Source: a virus. From it: DNA of 64,000 nt. The stretch covers positions 56,085 to 120,084 of IMG/VR virus record IMGVR_UViG_3300032214_000986. One strand, written 5' to 3'. Made by a program: the position numbers and the translations under genes. Position 1 is the first letter of the stretch, and the number at the start of each line of letters is the position of its first letter. The notes beneath the pieces were generated by a model. That model was given only the letters and a program-made list of their open reading frames with translations, ran no database searches and was not told the origin of the DNA. This document shows, piece by piece, positions 52,254 to 60,062 of this stretch.

Positions 52254-52404
52254 GTAAAATAAATATACAAATAAACCAAACAAAAAACAAGGAGGGGGCG
52301 GGGGGGAGGTTCGGTGTAAAAAAATTTTTCCAGAAAATACACCTCACCATAAACAAAAAACCCCATCCGTTAAGATGAGGTTTCAAATATTTTTACATTT
52401 AGTA

Positions 52405-52644
52405 TTAATCTTTCAATCTATAATCTCTAAAACGAGATACCGCATCACGTTTTACTCTTCTATCTGATGTCATTTCATCGGCAATGTTTCTTAAAATACT
52501 AACGGCTTCTTCGTGACTTGCATTAGAGTTTCTTATAACGTCCATAATATCGGAGTATAAAGTATTATCTTCCATCTCCTCACTAACAATACGGTTAACA
52601 AGATTTGTTAATTCTGATTCGGTTAATTTAATTACTTTTTTCAT
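52405..52644 (-). CDS. Leader-bearing small protein
   Basis: MKKVIKLTESELTNLVNRIVSEE; TATTTAT upstream; terminator at 52355-52384. Confidence 0.75.
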   Translation of the reverse strand: MKKVIKLTESELTNLVNRIVSEEMEDNTLYSDIMDVIRNSNASHEEAVSILRNIADEMTSDRRVKRDAVSRFRDYRLKD

Positions 52645-52677
52645 AATATTATTTTTTATATATAAATACTACAACAA

Positions 52678-53199
52678 TTAAAAGTAATCGTACCCTCTAG
52701 ACATTTCTCTTCTTCTACTGTCCGACATAAAATATTGTCTCCAACATTCAAAAGAAGGGATGTCCGTCAGGTTCATCGAAAAATCATTACAACGAAAAAA
52801 AGATATTAAAAGATGTTTATTAATATCAGGAATATATGAATTAATATCATAATATAATCTCTCACCGCTAATATATTCCTGACAATGTGGGGTTCGATAC
52901 GAAGGTTCAAACGTATTAGGATTATAAACGGGGGAGGCAATCATATCAAATACAATAAGTTCCATATATGTATGACCATACCAATCAGGTCTACGTTCTT
53001 TAGGATCTCTATTTCTAATATGAATATCAAATTTTAAACCAGGGTACATCATTTCAATAAACTCCCCCAACATTTTTAAATACTTTGTATGGATGAGGTA
53101 TCTTAATTCAGATTCCTCACGAATAGACTTATATTCGTTGTATGTGGAATATGTCTGAGGGAACGTATAATCTTCGGGACGTATTTTATTAAGGTCCAT
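52678..53199 (-). CDS. Hypothetical protein
   Basis: 173-aa ORF coupled to the upstream gene. Confidence 0.6.
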   Translation of the reverse strand: MDLNKIRPEDYTFPQTYSTYNEYKSIREESELRYLIHTKYLKMLGEFIEMMYPGLKFDIHIRNRDPKERRPDWYGHTYMELIVFDMIASPVYNPNTFEPSYRTPHCQEYISGERLYYDINSYIPDINKHLLISFFRCNDFSMNLTDIPSFECWRQYFMSDSRRREMSRGYDYF

Positions 53200-53200
53200 A

Positions 53201-53767
53201 TTAAATAGGGAATTTAAATATTTCTAAATTGGATGATTTGCCGTTGCTATCAAGATGGTCATAGACCTCAAGAGGTTTCCCCTTATATAAAATCTCATCA
53301 ATAACTTGCCAATAATTATCAGAGGGGGTTTCAATTATTCCAACAGTATATTTGAAATCATCAATATTTGGGATATCCTCAGTTTCAAATACATATGAAC
53401 AGATTCCACCTTTATTCTCATCAACACTAAAATATACATCAGAATCTTTCGTTGGAAATACATTATATTCGTTGGTATTCTCATTTGCTTTGATGTCATC
53501 AATACTGAACCTTAAAACGGTATCCTCTCCACCTTCACCAATTAATTCAAAGTGAGTATATCCGTTATCCAATGATTTGTTGATATGTAATAAATCTCCA
53601 TCCCACATATCAAAGTCCATATTGTCCTCAATCTCAAATCTTATCTCAGATAACTCATCAACCTCACGTTCTTTCATAAGGTTTTCAATTTGTTCTGTCT
53701 CTTCTTTGGTGATGGATTTACCGATGAATTCAGCTGACCATCCATAAGTGTTTAATGTATATTTCAT
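53201..53767 (-). CDS. Acidic hypothetical protein
   Basis: 188-aa ORF. Confidence 0.65.
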   Translation of the reverse strand: MKYTLNTYGWSAEFIGKSITKEETEQIENLMKEREVDELSEIRFEIEDNMDFDMWDGDLLHINKSLDNGYTHFELIGEGGEDTVLRFSIDDIKANENTNEYNVFPTKDSDVYFSVDENKGGICSYVFETEDIPNIDDFKYTVGIIETPSDNYWQVIDEILYKGKPLEVYDHLDSNGKSSNLEIFKFPI

Positions 53768-53769
53768 TT

Positions 53770-53850
53770 TTATTTTTTTGATAAGTAATCATTTAACGCC
53801 AATAGTCCATATACAATTATAAAGCAAATAATTAATAGTGGATTTCCCAT
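53770..53850 (-). CDS. 26-aa single-TM micropeptide
   Basis: MGNPLLIICFIIVYGLLALNDYLSKK; directly downstream of TTTG-N20-TATCTTTA (53889-53858); stop lies 2 nt before the next ATG. Confidence 0.5.
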   Translation of the reverse strand: MGNPLLIICFIIVYGLLALNDYLSKK

Positions 53851-53916
53851 AGTAGAGTAAAGATAAAAAATAAGTTAGATTTTGTCAAACAAAAAACCCC
53901 ATTCGTTGGGGGTAAT

Positions 53917-54288
53917 CTATTTAAGTCGGGATTTATTAATCCTTAATAAGAACTTTTCAGCTTCCTCTACATGAATATCCTCCAAGTAGTCTTCCAATTC
54001 TTCGGTGTCCCCAATATAAGACATAATAGGTATTGTTGTTTCCATTGGTAGAGTCATAAACTTAAATTCAAGTTCCCCATCTTCATCAATCTCCCAATAA
54101 CAATTAGATGTTCCAGCAAGAGGAGTCATATCATCATCGTAGTTCTTTGGAAAGAATGTGACATAGGTTTGAAATTGATTATCTCCACGATATGTGGAAC
54201 CCTCCCCTTCAATATCATAGTACTTGGAAATAAGTCTAACCGACTTATTGGTCTCTTCTTTTAAAATATGTTTGATGAGGTTTTTCAT
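53917..54288 (-). CDS. Leader-bearing hypothetical protein
   Basis: MKNLIKHILKEE; TATTTAT upstream. Confidence 0.7.
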   Translation of the reverse strand: MKNLIKHILKEETNKSVRLISKYYDIEGEGSTYRGDNQFQTYVTFFPKNYDDDMTPLAGTSNCYWEIDEDGELEFKFMTLPMETTIPIMSYIGDTEELEDYLEDIHVEEAEKFLLRINKSRLK

Positions 54289-54559
54289 ATAAGAATAAAT
54301 ACCCCGATTTTCCTAAAATTTTTCTGGAATTTTTTTTTCGTATATAGGGGGTATTCCGATTTTTAAAGATTTTTTCCCAAAATATTTTTTAAGACCATAT
54401 TACCTTTTTTAAAACTTATACTCTGCAAGGGGGATTGACCCCCTTTTTGACCCTGTCAAAGTGTCATATAAGAGGGGGGATACGGGGGAGGGGGCCCCCA
54501 ATATATGAGGAGGAGGGGGTATGCCAAAGTATAGGTCCCCCTATGTAGGGAACCATAAG

Positions 54560-54568
54560 TTATCCACA
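54560..54568 (+). promoter_or_regulatory. Perfect DnaA box TTATCCACA in non-coding DNA
   Basis: Exact consensus match. Further boxes on the opposite strand at 55574-55582 (TTATTCACA) and 55615-55623 (TTATCAACA, one mismatch). Confidence 0.55.
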
Positions 54569-54611
54569 ACAATTGTTTGTAACTATATCTGAAATAAATG
54601 TGGGGGATTGT

Positions 54612-54642
54612 TTTGTGGTGTCGATTATTATCCGTACCTTTA
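54612..54642 (+). promoter_or_regulatory. Bacteroidota-type promoter TTTG-N19-TACCTTTA
   Basis: Spacing and motif match; no credible ORF downstream. Confidence 0.6.
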
Positions 54643-54880
54643 TGGTGTAACCTTTTTAATCGAGGGGGACCGAGTAGACTCCACCCTGCCTTATATTTTT
54701 TTATATAGGCATAAAAAAATTCCCCTCCTTCTACAGGGGGAATCACAAAGAATGTATGTTGAACAAATTCATCTTGAACTTTACGGACCGACTTGGTTCC
54801 TGAACAACTAACTCCCTACTGTGGGGGGAACGAATTCATAATATAAATATACGATTAATTTAAAAAAACTAAATGGTTTG

Positions 54881-54912
54881 TTTGGTAGTGTCAATTACAT
54901 TCACTATCTTTG
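54881..54912 (+). promoter_or_regulatory. Consensus Bacteroidota promoter TTTG-N20-TATCTTTG
   Basis: Exact -33/-7 consensus; no credible ORF downstream. Confidence 0.75.
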
Positions 54913-55061
54913 TATGGACAATGTGAGAGAGATGTCGGGCTGGGGGAACAACACCCCTTGGAGTGTAGACTCCAACCTGTCTTATTAAAAAAAATAAAGG
55001 TCCCCATTATTTGTGAGGGAAGGTCTTGTCAGTCTCAGATATTCTTCTTATACTTGTACAT

Positions 55062-55229
55062 ATGAAAACTATCCTACTAATCAATCTTATCATCGGGTAT
55101 GTAACACTCTTTGGTGTTCTACTCATTGGGGGTTCCATGATGACCCTTAACTATTTCCCCACTTCTAAAGTGTCTTCTTTCATTCGTCGTCATTTGATTA
55201 CTGATGAAGACATTGAACCTATGGACTAA
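55062..55229 (+). CDS. Small membrane protein
   Basis: MKTILLINLIIGYVTLFGVLLIGG; ATG lies 5 nt after CTTG-N20-TATACTTG (55025-55056). Confidence 0.65.
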   Translation: MKTILLINLIIGYVTLFGVLLIGGSMMTLNYFPTSKVSSFIRRHLITDEDIEPMD

Positions 55230-55540
55230 GAATAGAAAGTATCCATCTTATCTATTGCCAAGTTAATGATTGATGTTCTTACTTGGTGGTAATCCTCTTC
55301 AGATAAATTATAGTACTGATTTAAAAACTGTAACACATCCCCCATGTTAGCATCGACAATTACATATTGTCTTTTATTAACAATGGGTTTCTTTGACCAT
55401 CCCCTCTTTGAGAATTCAAAATAGACAACTCCGTCATCGGTCAATCCTTCGTTATGTTTGAATATACATTTCATCCCCATACTGTCCTCAGTGATCGTTG
55501 GGGTATAATGTTTTGTTATAAAATTAATCATTGGGTCCAT
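55226..55540 (-). CDS. Hypothetical protein
   Basis: Start set to ATG 55540 (MDPMINF); TATTTAT at 55557-55563. Confidence 0.6.
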   Translation of the reverse strand: MDPMINFITKHYTPTITEDSMGMKCIFKHNEGLTDDGVVYFEFSKRGWSKKPIVNKRQYVIVDANMGDVLQFLNQYYNLSEEDYHQVRTSIINLAIDKMDTFYS

Positions 55541-55589
55541 ATGTACATTAATGTTAATAAATATTAACCTATTTGTGAATAACAAATTG

Positions 55590-56440
55590 GGGATGACATA
55601 CTGTCAGGGGGGATTGTTGATAACTATTTTTACCATTTTGCTTGATTTTGTCAAAATGTCAGTCAGCGAACGCTCACGGCACAATCCCTTTTACCACTTT
55701 CTACCACATGGTCTTACCACTAATTACCACCCCTTTTTACCGCTGGTCATATCAGGAGGGTAAAAAATCCCCCCTAGTGGTGGTGATAGAAGGGTTTTTT
55801 TATATATAGACGTTTTCCAGCTAAAAAATGTCCCTATGATGTAGTAGCCGCGGAGACGAAGTCCTATAGTTCTTCCAACGTATAGGGAACCGAAAATATC
55901 CCCTTCAACGTGTCATTAAGTCATGTCCCCAACGATAGATAACAACCATAAAGACCACCATATTAGTGGTAGAAAGTGGTAGTTATTATTCATATCAGAT
56001 ATATCAGGTTTCACCTGACAATAATGATATAAGATAAAACTATCATCAGTAAAGAACTTATATAACTTACCATATAATCATACCATACTGTTCATTATTT
56101 TCTATTGTTCAGTGTCACTGAACATACCCTTTTAGTGAACACCATATACATGATAAAATAAAGTTACTATAAAGGTCACCATAATGTTACGTTCATATAT
56201 GGGGGACCCATTGTAAATGGGGGAAATGATTTATATGATAATAATCATATAAACGAAAATATATGACAATAATCATATATTATCTTAACGTAATATACAT
56301 TACTGTAATGACCATTACAATAAGGTTTAAGATATGTCCTAATAATTACCACATATATTATATAGAAATGTAAACGGTAGAACTATATCGTCTATATAAC
56401 CGATAACTTATAATATCGTTTAATTAACCGATAATAATAC
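55590..56440. other. Non-coding array of operator-like palindromes and tandem motifs
   Basis: No credible ORF; many distinct inverted or tandem repeats (see findings). Confidence 0.7.
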
Positions 56441-56507
56441 AATACATTTATGAACGAAAAAGGAGACCCGTATGGAGTCTCCCTTTGTAGTGAGTGAATG
56501 GAATGTA

Positions 56508-56738
56508 TTAATATCGTGATACATTAATATTAATCAAGTAATTAATAGTCCCTTCAGGAATGTATCTATTAATTACGTTATCTACCTCCGCTTTAATTAA
56601 ATTTCTAACTATTTCGTTATCGTATCTAAGGTCTTTAATACTAAACACGATGAAATAAGTCTCATTCATAAAACTAACCGTTAATGGGATATTTAATTCC
56701 TGTAAAATTAAATCAATATATTCAGTTAGGTCTTTCAT
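56508..56738 (-). CDS. MKDL-family small protein
   Basis: MKDLTEYIDLIL; paralogous to the next gene. Confidence 0.65.
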   Translation of the reverse strand: MKDLTEYIDLILQELNIPLTVSFMNETYFIVFSIKDLRYDNEIVRNLIKAEVDNVINRYIPEGTINYLININVSRY

Positions 56739-56740
56739 CT

Positions 56741-57103
56741 TTACAATTGATTTGTATTGTCTAAATAACCCATAGGATTATAATCTACCACATAACTTGA
56801 AATCCCCTCTAAATCTATTTCTGACGATACAGTAAAAGTCACATTAATAGTTTGGTATTCGATCGGTATGTTAATACGGTTAACACTAACTTTAAACATA
56901 GTCTCAGGTAGATATGTTGCTAACATCGCTTCTGTTTTAGTAACCAAGCTTTTTATTAAGAAATCACCAAAACGATATAGATTTACATTATTTCCGTAGT
57001 CATATACAATATCCACATAATATACATTATCCACATATTTTACTTCACACGGGTTTTTTATCCCATCAAGGAGTGATTCTACATATTTAGTTAGATCTTT
57101 CAT
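56741..57103 (-). CDS. MKDL-family small protein
   Basis: MKDLTKYVESLL from ATG 57103; TATATTAG host-type element just upstream. Confidence 0.65.
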   Translation of the reverse strand: MKDLTKYVESLLDGIKNPCEVKYVDNVYYVDIVYDYGNNVNLYRFGDFLIKSLVTKTEAMLATYLPETMFKVSVNRINIPIEYQTINVTFTVSSEIDLEGISSYVVDYNPMGYLDNTNQL

Positions 57104-57169
57104 AATGCTAATATATAAAAAATCCCCCATTCTACAATGGAGGATTCTAATTACTTTATGTGAAATATA

Positions 57170-58165
57170 TTATTCGTTAATATACTTTATCTCTTTAGAT
57201 CCATCACTGTATGTGTAGATTAACATCTTGTTTGGTTGTATCTTAACTTCTCTACCCATTAAATCTGAAACACGAATAAGTTGTTTACTGTTACCTGATA
57301 GTTCGTCAATCCCTACGAATCCTACATACTCATTCTGATTTAAAACGATAGTCTTATAGTTCATTGTTTTATTATAACAATATACAACTAATTGGAAGTT
57401 ATAACATCCTGTTGAGTCTATCATTGGGTAGTTCACCATATATGTTTGGTATGTACCTGTTGTATCAATAACATACCACACACATAAAATACTATCTAAA
57501 CCACTATTAATAGGACTATTTATTGTCATATATGTAGTGTCAACTGTATTATAATTAATCGTACAATCCTCTATTGTTGAGGTAAAAGTACTTAAAGGAT
57601 TATTACATGTACCTGCGTTGTTTATAATTAACGTATCACCCATTGATTGTGTTACGATTGAATCACATAATGTAGTGTTACATCCGTTTGCGTCCATTAC
57701 ATAACAACAGTATCCACCTACAGGTAAATTATTGATTGTCTGAAGCATATTACCATTACTCCACTGATATGTGTATGGTGCCGTTCCGTTTATTACATTT
57801 ACCGTCATTGATCCATCATTAATCGTAGAGTCAATTGTAGTAATATACCCACCGAAGTTTAGACATGGGTTAAATGTTCCTGCCGTGATAACAAACGTTA
57901 ATGTCACAGGTGTGTTGTTGGTTACAAATGTAACGCTGTATGATCCAGGACATAGGTTTGTTACATAGTAACTTCCCTGACCGATAACCATACCCATTCC
58001 TTGCCATACGATATTTGATGTTGTGACAACTGTACTGTCTAACGCTGCCGTCCCATCACATACGTTTGGTCCTGATGTTTGTGTTGTGTAAACTTGTGTC
58101 TGTGAGAACAAGTTAAAAGATAATACGCTTAGTAACGTAAGTAATAATAATTTTAAATTTTTCAT
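57170..58165 (-). CDS. Secreted SprB-repeat protein with a Flavobacteriales-like C-terminal sorting domain
   Basis: Signal peptide; GTAPYTYQWSNG..NLP.G.Y...V.DANGC; C-terminal GIDE..LIRVSDLMGRE..LIYTYSDGS. Confidence 0.8.
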   Translation of the reverse strand: MKNLKLLLLTLLSVLSFNLFSQTQVYTTQTSGPNVCDGTAALDSTVVTTSNIVWQGMGMVIGQGSYYVTNLCPGSYSVTFVTNNTPVTLTFVITAGTFNPCLNFGGYITTIDSTINDGSMTVNVINGTAPYTYQWSNGNMLQTINNLPVGGYCCYVMDANGCNTTLCDSIVTQSMGDTLIINNAGTCNNPLSTFTSTIEDCTINYNTVDTTYMTINSPINSGLDSILCVWYVIDTTGTYQTYMVNYPMIDSTGCYNFQLVVYCYNKTMNYKTIVLNQNEYVGFVGIDELSGNSKQLIRVSDLMGREVKIQPNKMLIYTYSDGSKEIKYINE

Positions 58166-58303
58166 ATGTTTTTGTTTTTTTGATAAAGATAGGTAAATCC
58201 CCTCGTAAAATCAATACAAAGAGTGTAGGATTAATCTTATGAACGAAAAACGTAGTGAATGAAATGAACGGTAGAGATGAGTGAGTAAGTTAAACCTATA
58301 CTC

Positions 58304-58984
58304 TTATTGGTAATCAGGATTATCTAACATTGTTTTGTAATATGGTGTACCATCGAAATCTTTTTTACGAGGTTCTGTCGGTAAATCAGTTTTGGTATCA
58401 TCTACCTTTGTTGGTTCTTCTACCTTTTCTTCTAATGTGGGATATTCGTTAAGTGTATATTTGTAGAATATCTGTTTAACTCTACATCCTGTCTTAGGAT
58501 TATGAATTAATATCTTTACAGGAACCATTTCATCTACTGTCCCCCTCTTTTTAATGTAGTTAGATGTCTTAGATTGTTCTATGCTCGCATGTCCTGAAGT
58601 CGTACTAATACTATCAGGGTATGCACCAGGTTTTGATTTTGCACCACCACCTCTACTATATATTCCTATCCACGCATTACCATCTTCACTTTTATTAATT
58701 GTGACAGACCATTTTACTTCCATAGTATTACTATTCATAACAACATCTACTGCTGTGATATCAGGGTTAAAACCTTTTTTATAAACATCCATTAATACTT
58801 CATTAACCTTTCTGTTCATTCCCCCGATTTCTTTTTTTCCGTTGTCATTAAACGAATGGAAACTATCGCAATCGTCTTTCCCTACTTTGTAGTTACCACT
58901 AACAGTTATTGGGAATGTAACCTCATCTTCTGTGATTACTCCCATCATTGATTTAATTCTTAATACTTCTTCGTGCAATTTCAT
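58304..58984 (-). CDS. Leader-bearing hypothetical protein
   Basis: MKLHEEVLRIKSMMGVITE; TATTTAT upstream. Confidence 0.7.
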   Translation of the reverse strand: MKLHEEVLRIKSMMGVITEDEVTFPITVSGNYKVGKDDCDSFHSFNDNGKKEIGGMNRKVNEVLMDVYKKGFNPDITAVDVVMNSNTMEVKWSVTINKSEDGNAWIGIYSRGGGAKSKPGAYPDSISTTSGHASIEQSKTSNYIKKRGTVDEMVPVKILIHNPKTGCRVKQIFYKYTLNEYPTLEEKVEEPTKVDDTKTDLPTEPRKKDFDGTPYYKTMLDNPDYQ

Positions 58985-58999
58985 ATTAATAAATATATC

Positions 59000-59299
59000 C
59001 TAATTCGTATATGATACAACAGCGTTTACAATAAAACTATATGGAAACATATTACCCATATCTCTTTCTATTGCGTGTTCTTGTTTAATACCTAGATATG
59101 TTCTTTCCCATGTATCATATATCAAATAAATCTCCACGAGTGAATCTTTATCATGGAGTTTTATATTGAAGTCATCGAACGGAACCTCAGCTATAAATTT
59201 AAGATACTCACCCATAACACGTATTAACCTTTCATCCTTGGTAAGTTTGGGTACGGGAAATAGGTAGGATAATATTAGATGTTTCAGTCTGTTGTACAT
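59000..59299 (-). CDS. Hypothetical protein
   Basis: 99-aa ORF; LTKDERL resembles LTKDDRL in the 60718 product. Confidence 0.55.
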   Translation of the reverse strand: MYNRLKHLILSYLFPVPKLTKDERLIRVMGEYLKFIAEVPFDDFNIKLHDKDSLVEIYLIYDTWERTYLGIKQEHAIERDMGNMFPYSFIVNAVVSYTN

Positions 59300-59537
59300 T
59301 GGGTTCGATTACTTTAGCTGTTATATGATATAAATTGTCAGGTAAAAACGTTTCTAACCTGCGTCTTATTGCCATTCTTCCCATATCACGTATTAATGGT
59401 AAAAAATCCATAAATTCTTCCCTGTAACTCATATCCACAACGAGCGTTATAACATATACCCCATTTTCATTATGTACTTCGTAGTTGTCCACAACACCAT
59501 CAAGAAATGAACTAATATATGGTTCTAAATTTTTCAT
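59232..59537 (-). CDS. MKDL-family-like small protein
   Basis: MKNLEPYISSFL from ATG 59537 (ATGA overlap with the upstream stop). Confidence 0.6.
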   Translation of the reverse strand: MKNLEPYISSFLDGVVDNYEVHNENGVYVITLVVDMSYREEFMDFLPLIRDMGRMAIRRRLETFLPDNLYHITAKVIEPNVQQTETSNIILPISRTQTYQG

Positions 59538-60010
59538 ACCATTTCTGTTTGGTACCATTCAGGTATATCTCTATTTTTCCAATTAGCAAAACCTTTTTTG
59601 GCTTCACGATAGTAGTTTCTGTATGACTCAATCACATCGTTACCGATCTTAAACTCATCACCCATAGCCAACGGTGGTGCAGTAAAATCAACGTCATGAA
59701 TATCAGGTTTGTTTATTAAACACCATTCGATAACATCTTGAGACTTGTGTCTTTTACCATATCGATATGTATATTCCTTACATAACTCCAAACCGAGGTC
59801 ACACAAATAAAGATAATTGGATAACGATGCTCTTGTCCAAATTGCACATGGGTGGTTTTTGTGTGATAACTTATAAGGTGCGGTCCCACCTATAACATGA
59901 TGGGTACCACACAAAAGTTGTGCAGTTTCAAGAATCATTTTAACAACGTGCTTATCACAATGGTATTTTGCACATTTATTGGTGTCAAAGTCTAAAAAGA
60001 AAATATTCAT
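59534..60010 (-). CDS. Pyrimidine-dimer DNA glycosylase / endonuclease V-like family protein
   Basis: MNIFFLD..A..HCDKHVVKMILETAQLL..HKNHPC.IW..EYTYRYGKRH..YRNYY. Confidence 0.8.
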   Translation of the reverse strand: MNIFFLDFDTNKCAKYHCDKHVVKMILETAQLLCGTHHVIGGTAPYKLSHKNHPCAIWTRASLSNYLYLCDLGLELCKEYTYRYGKRHKSQDVIEWCLINKPDIHDVDFTAPPLAMGDEFKIGNDVIESYRNYYREAKKGFANWKNRDIPEWYQTEMV

Positions 60011-60014
60011 GTAA

Positions 60015-60046
60015 CAAATATAATGATTAATAATGAACCCACCAAA
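60015..60046 (-). promoter_or_regulatory. Consensus Bacteroidota promoter TTTG-N20-TATATTTG
   Basis: Exact match 4 nt before the ATG. Equivalent sites at 60673-60704 and 62272-62304. Confidence 0.8.
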
Positions 60047-60062
60047 AGATTATATAACAAAA

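Noticed and set aside
52291-52350. GGTTCG-containing GC-rich stretch as a tRNA
   Set aside because: No cloverleaf, acceptor stem or anticodon arm can be formed
54456-54811. ORFs 54456-54746 (-) and 54608-54811 (+)
   Set aside because: Atypical composition and non-ATG starts; they run across promoters, G-runs and a terminator
54674-54985. 21-nt direct repeat as a mini-CRISPR
   Set aside because: Only two copies, 291 bp apart, each with its own promoter; treated as small-RNA candidates instead
55551-55763. 70-aa plus-strand ORF in the motif array
   Set aside because: No promoter of either class; overlaps DnaA-like and GTGG motifs; likely chance
57027-57035. Perfect DnaA box
   Set aside because: Inside a coding sequence (YVDN codons) and isolated; compatible with chance
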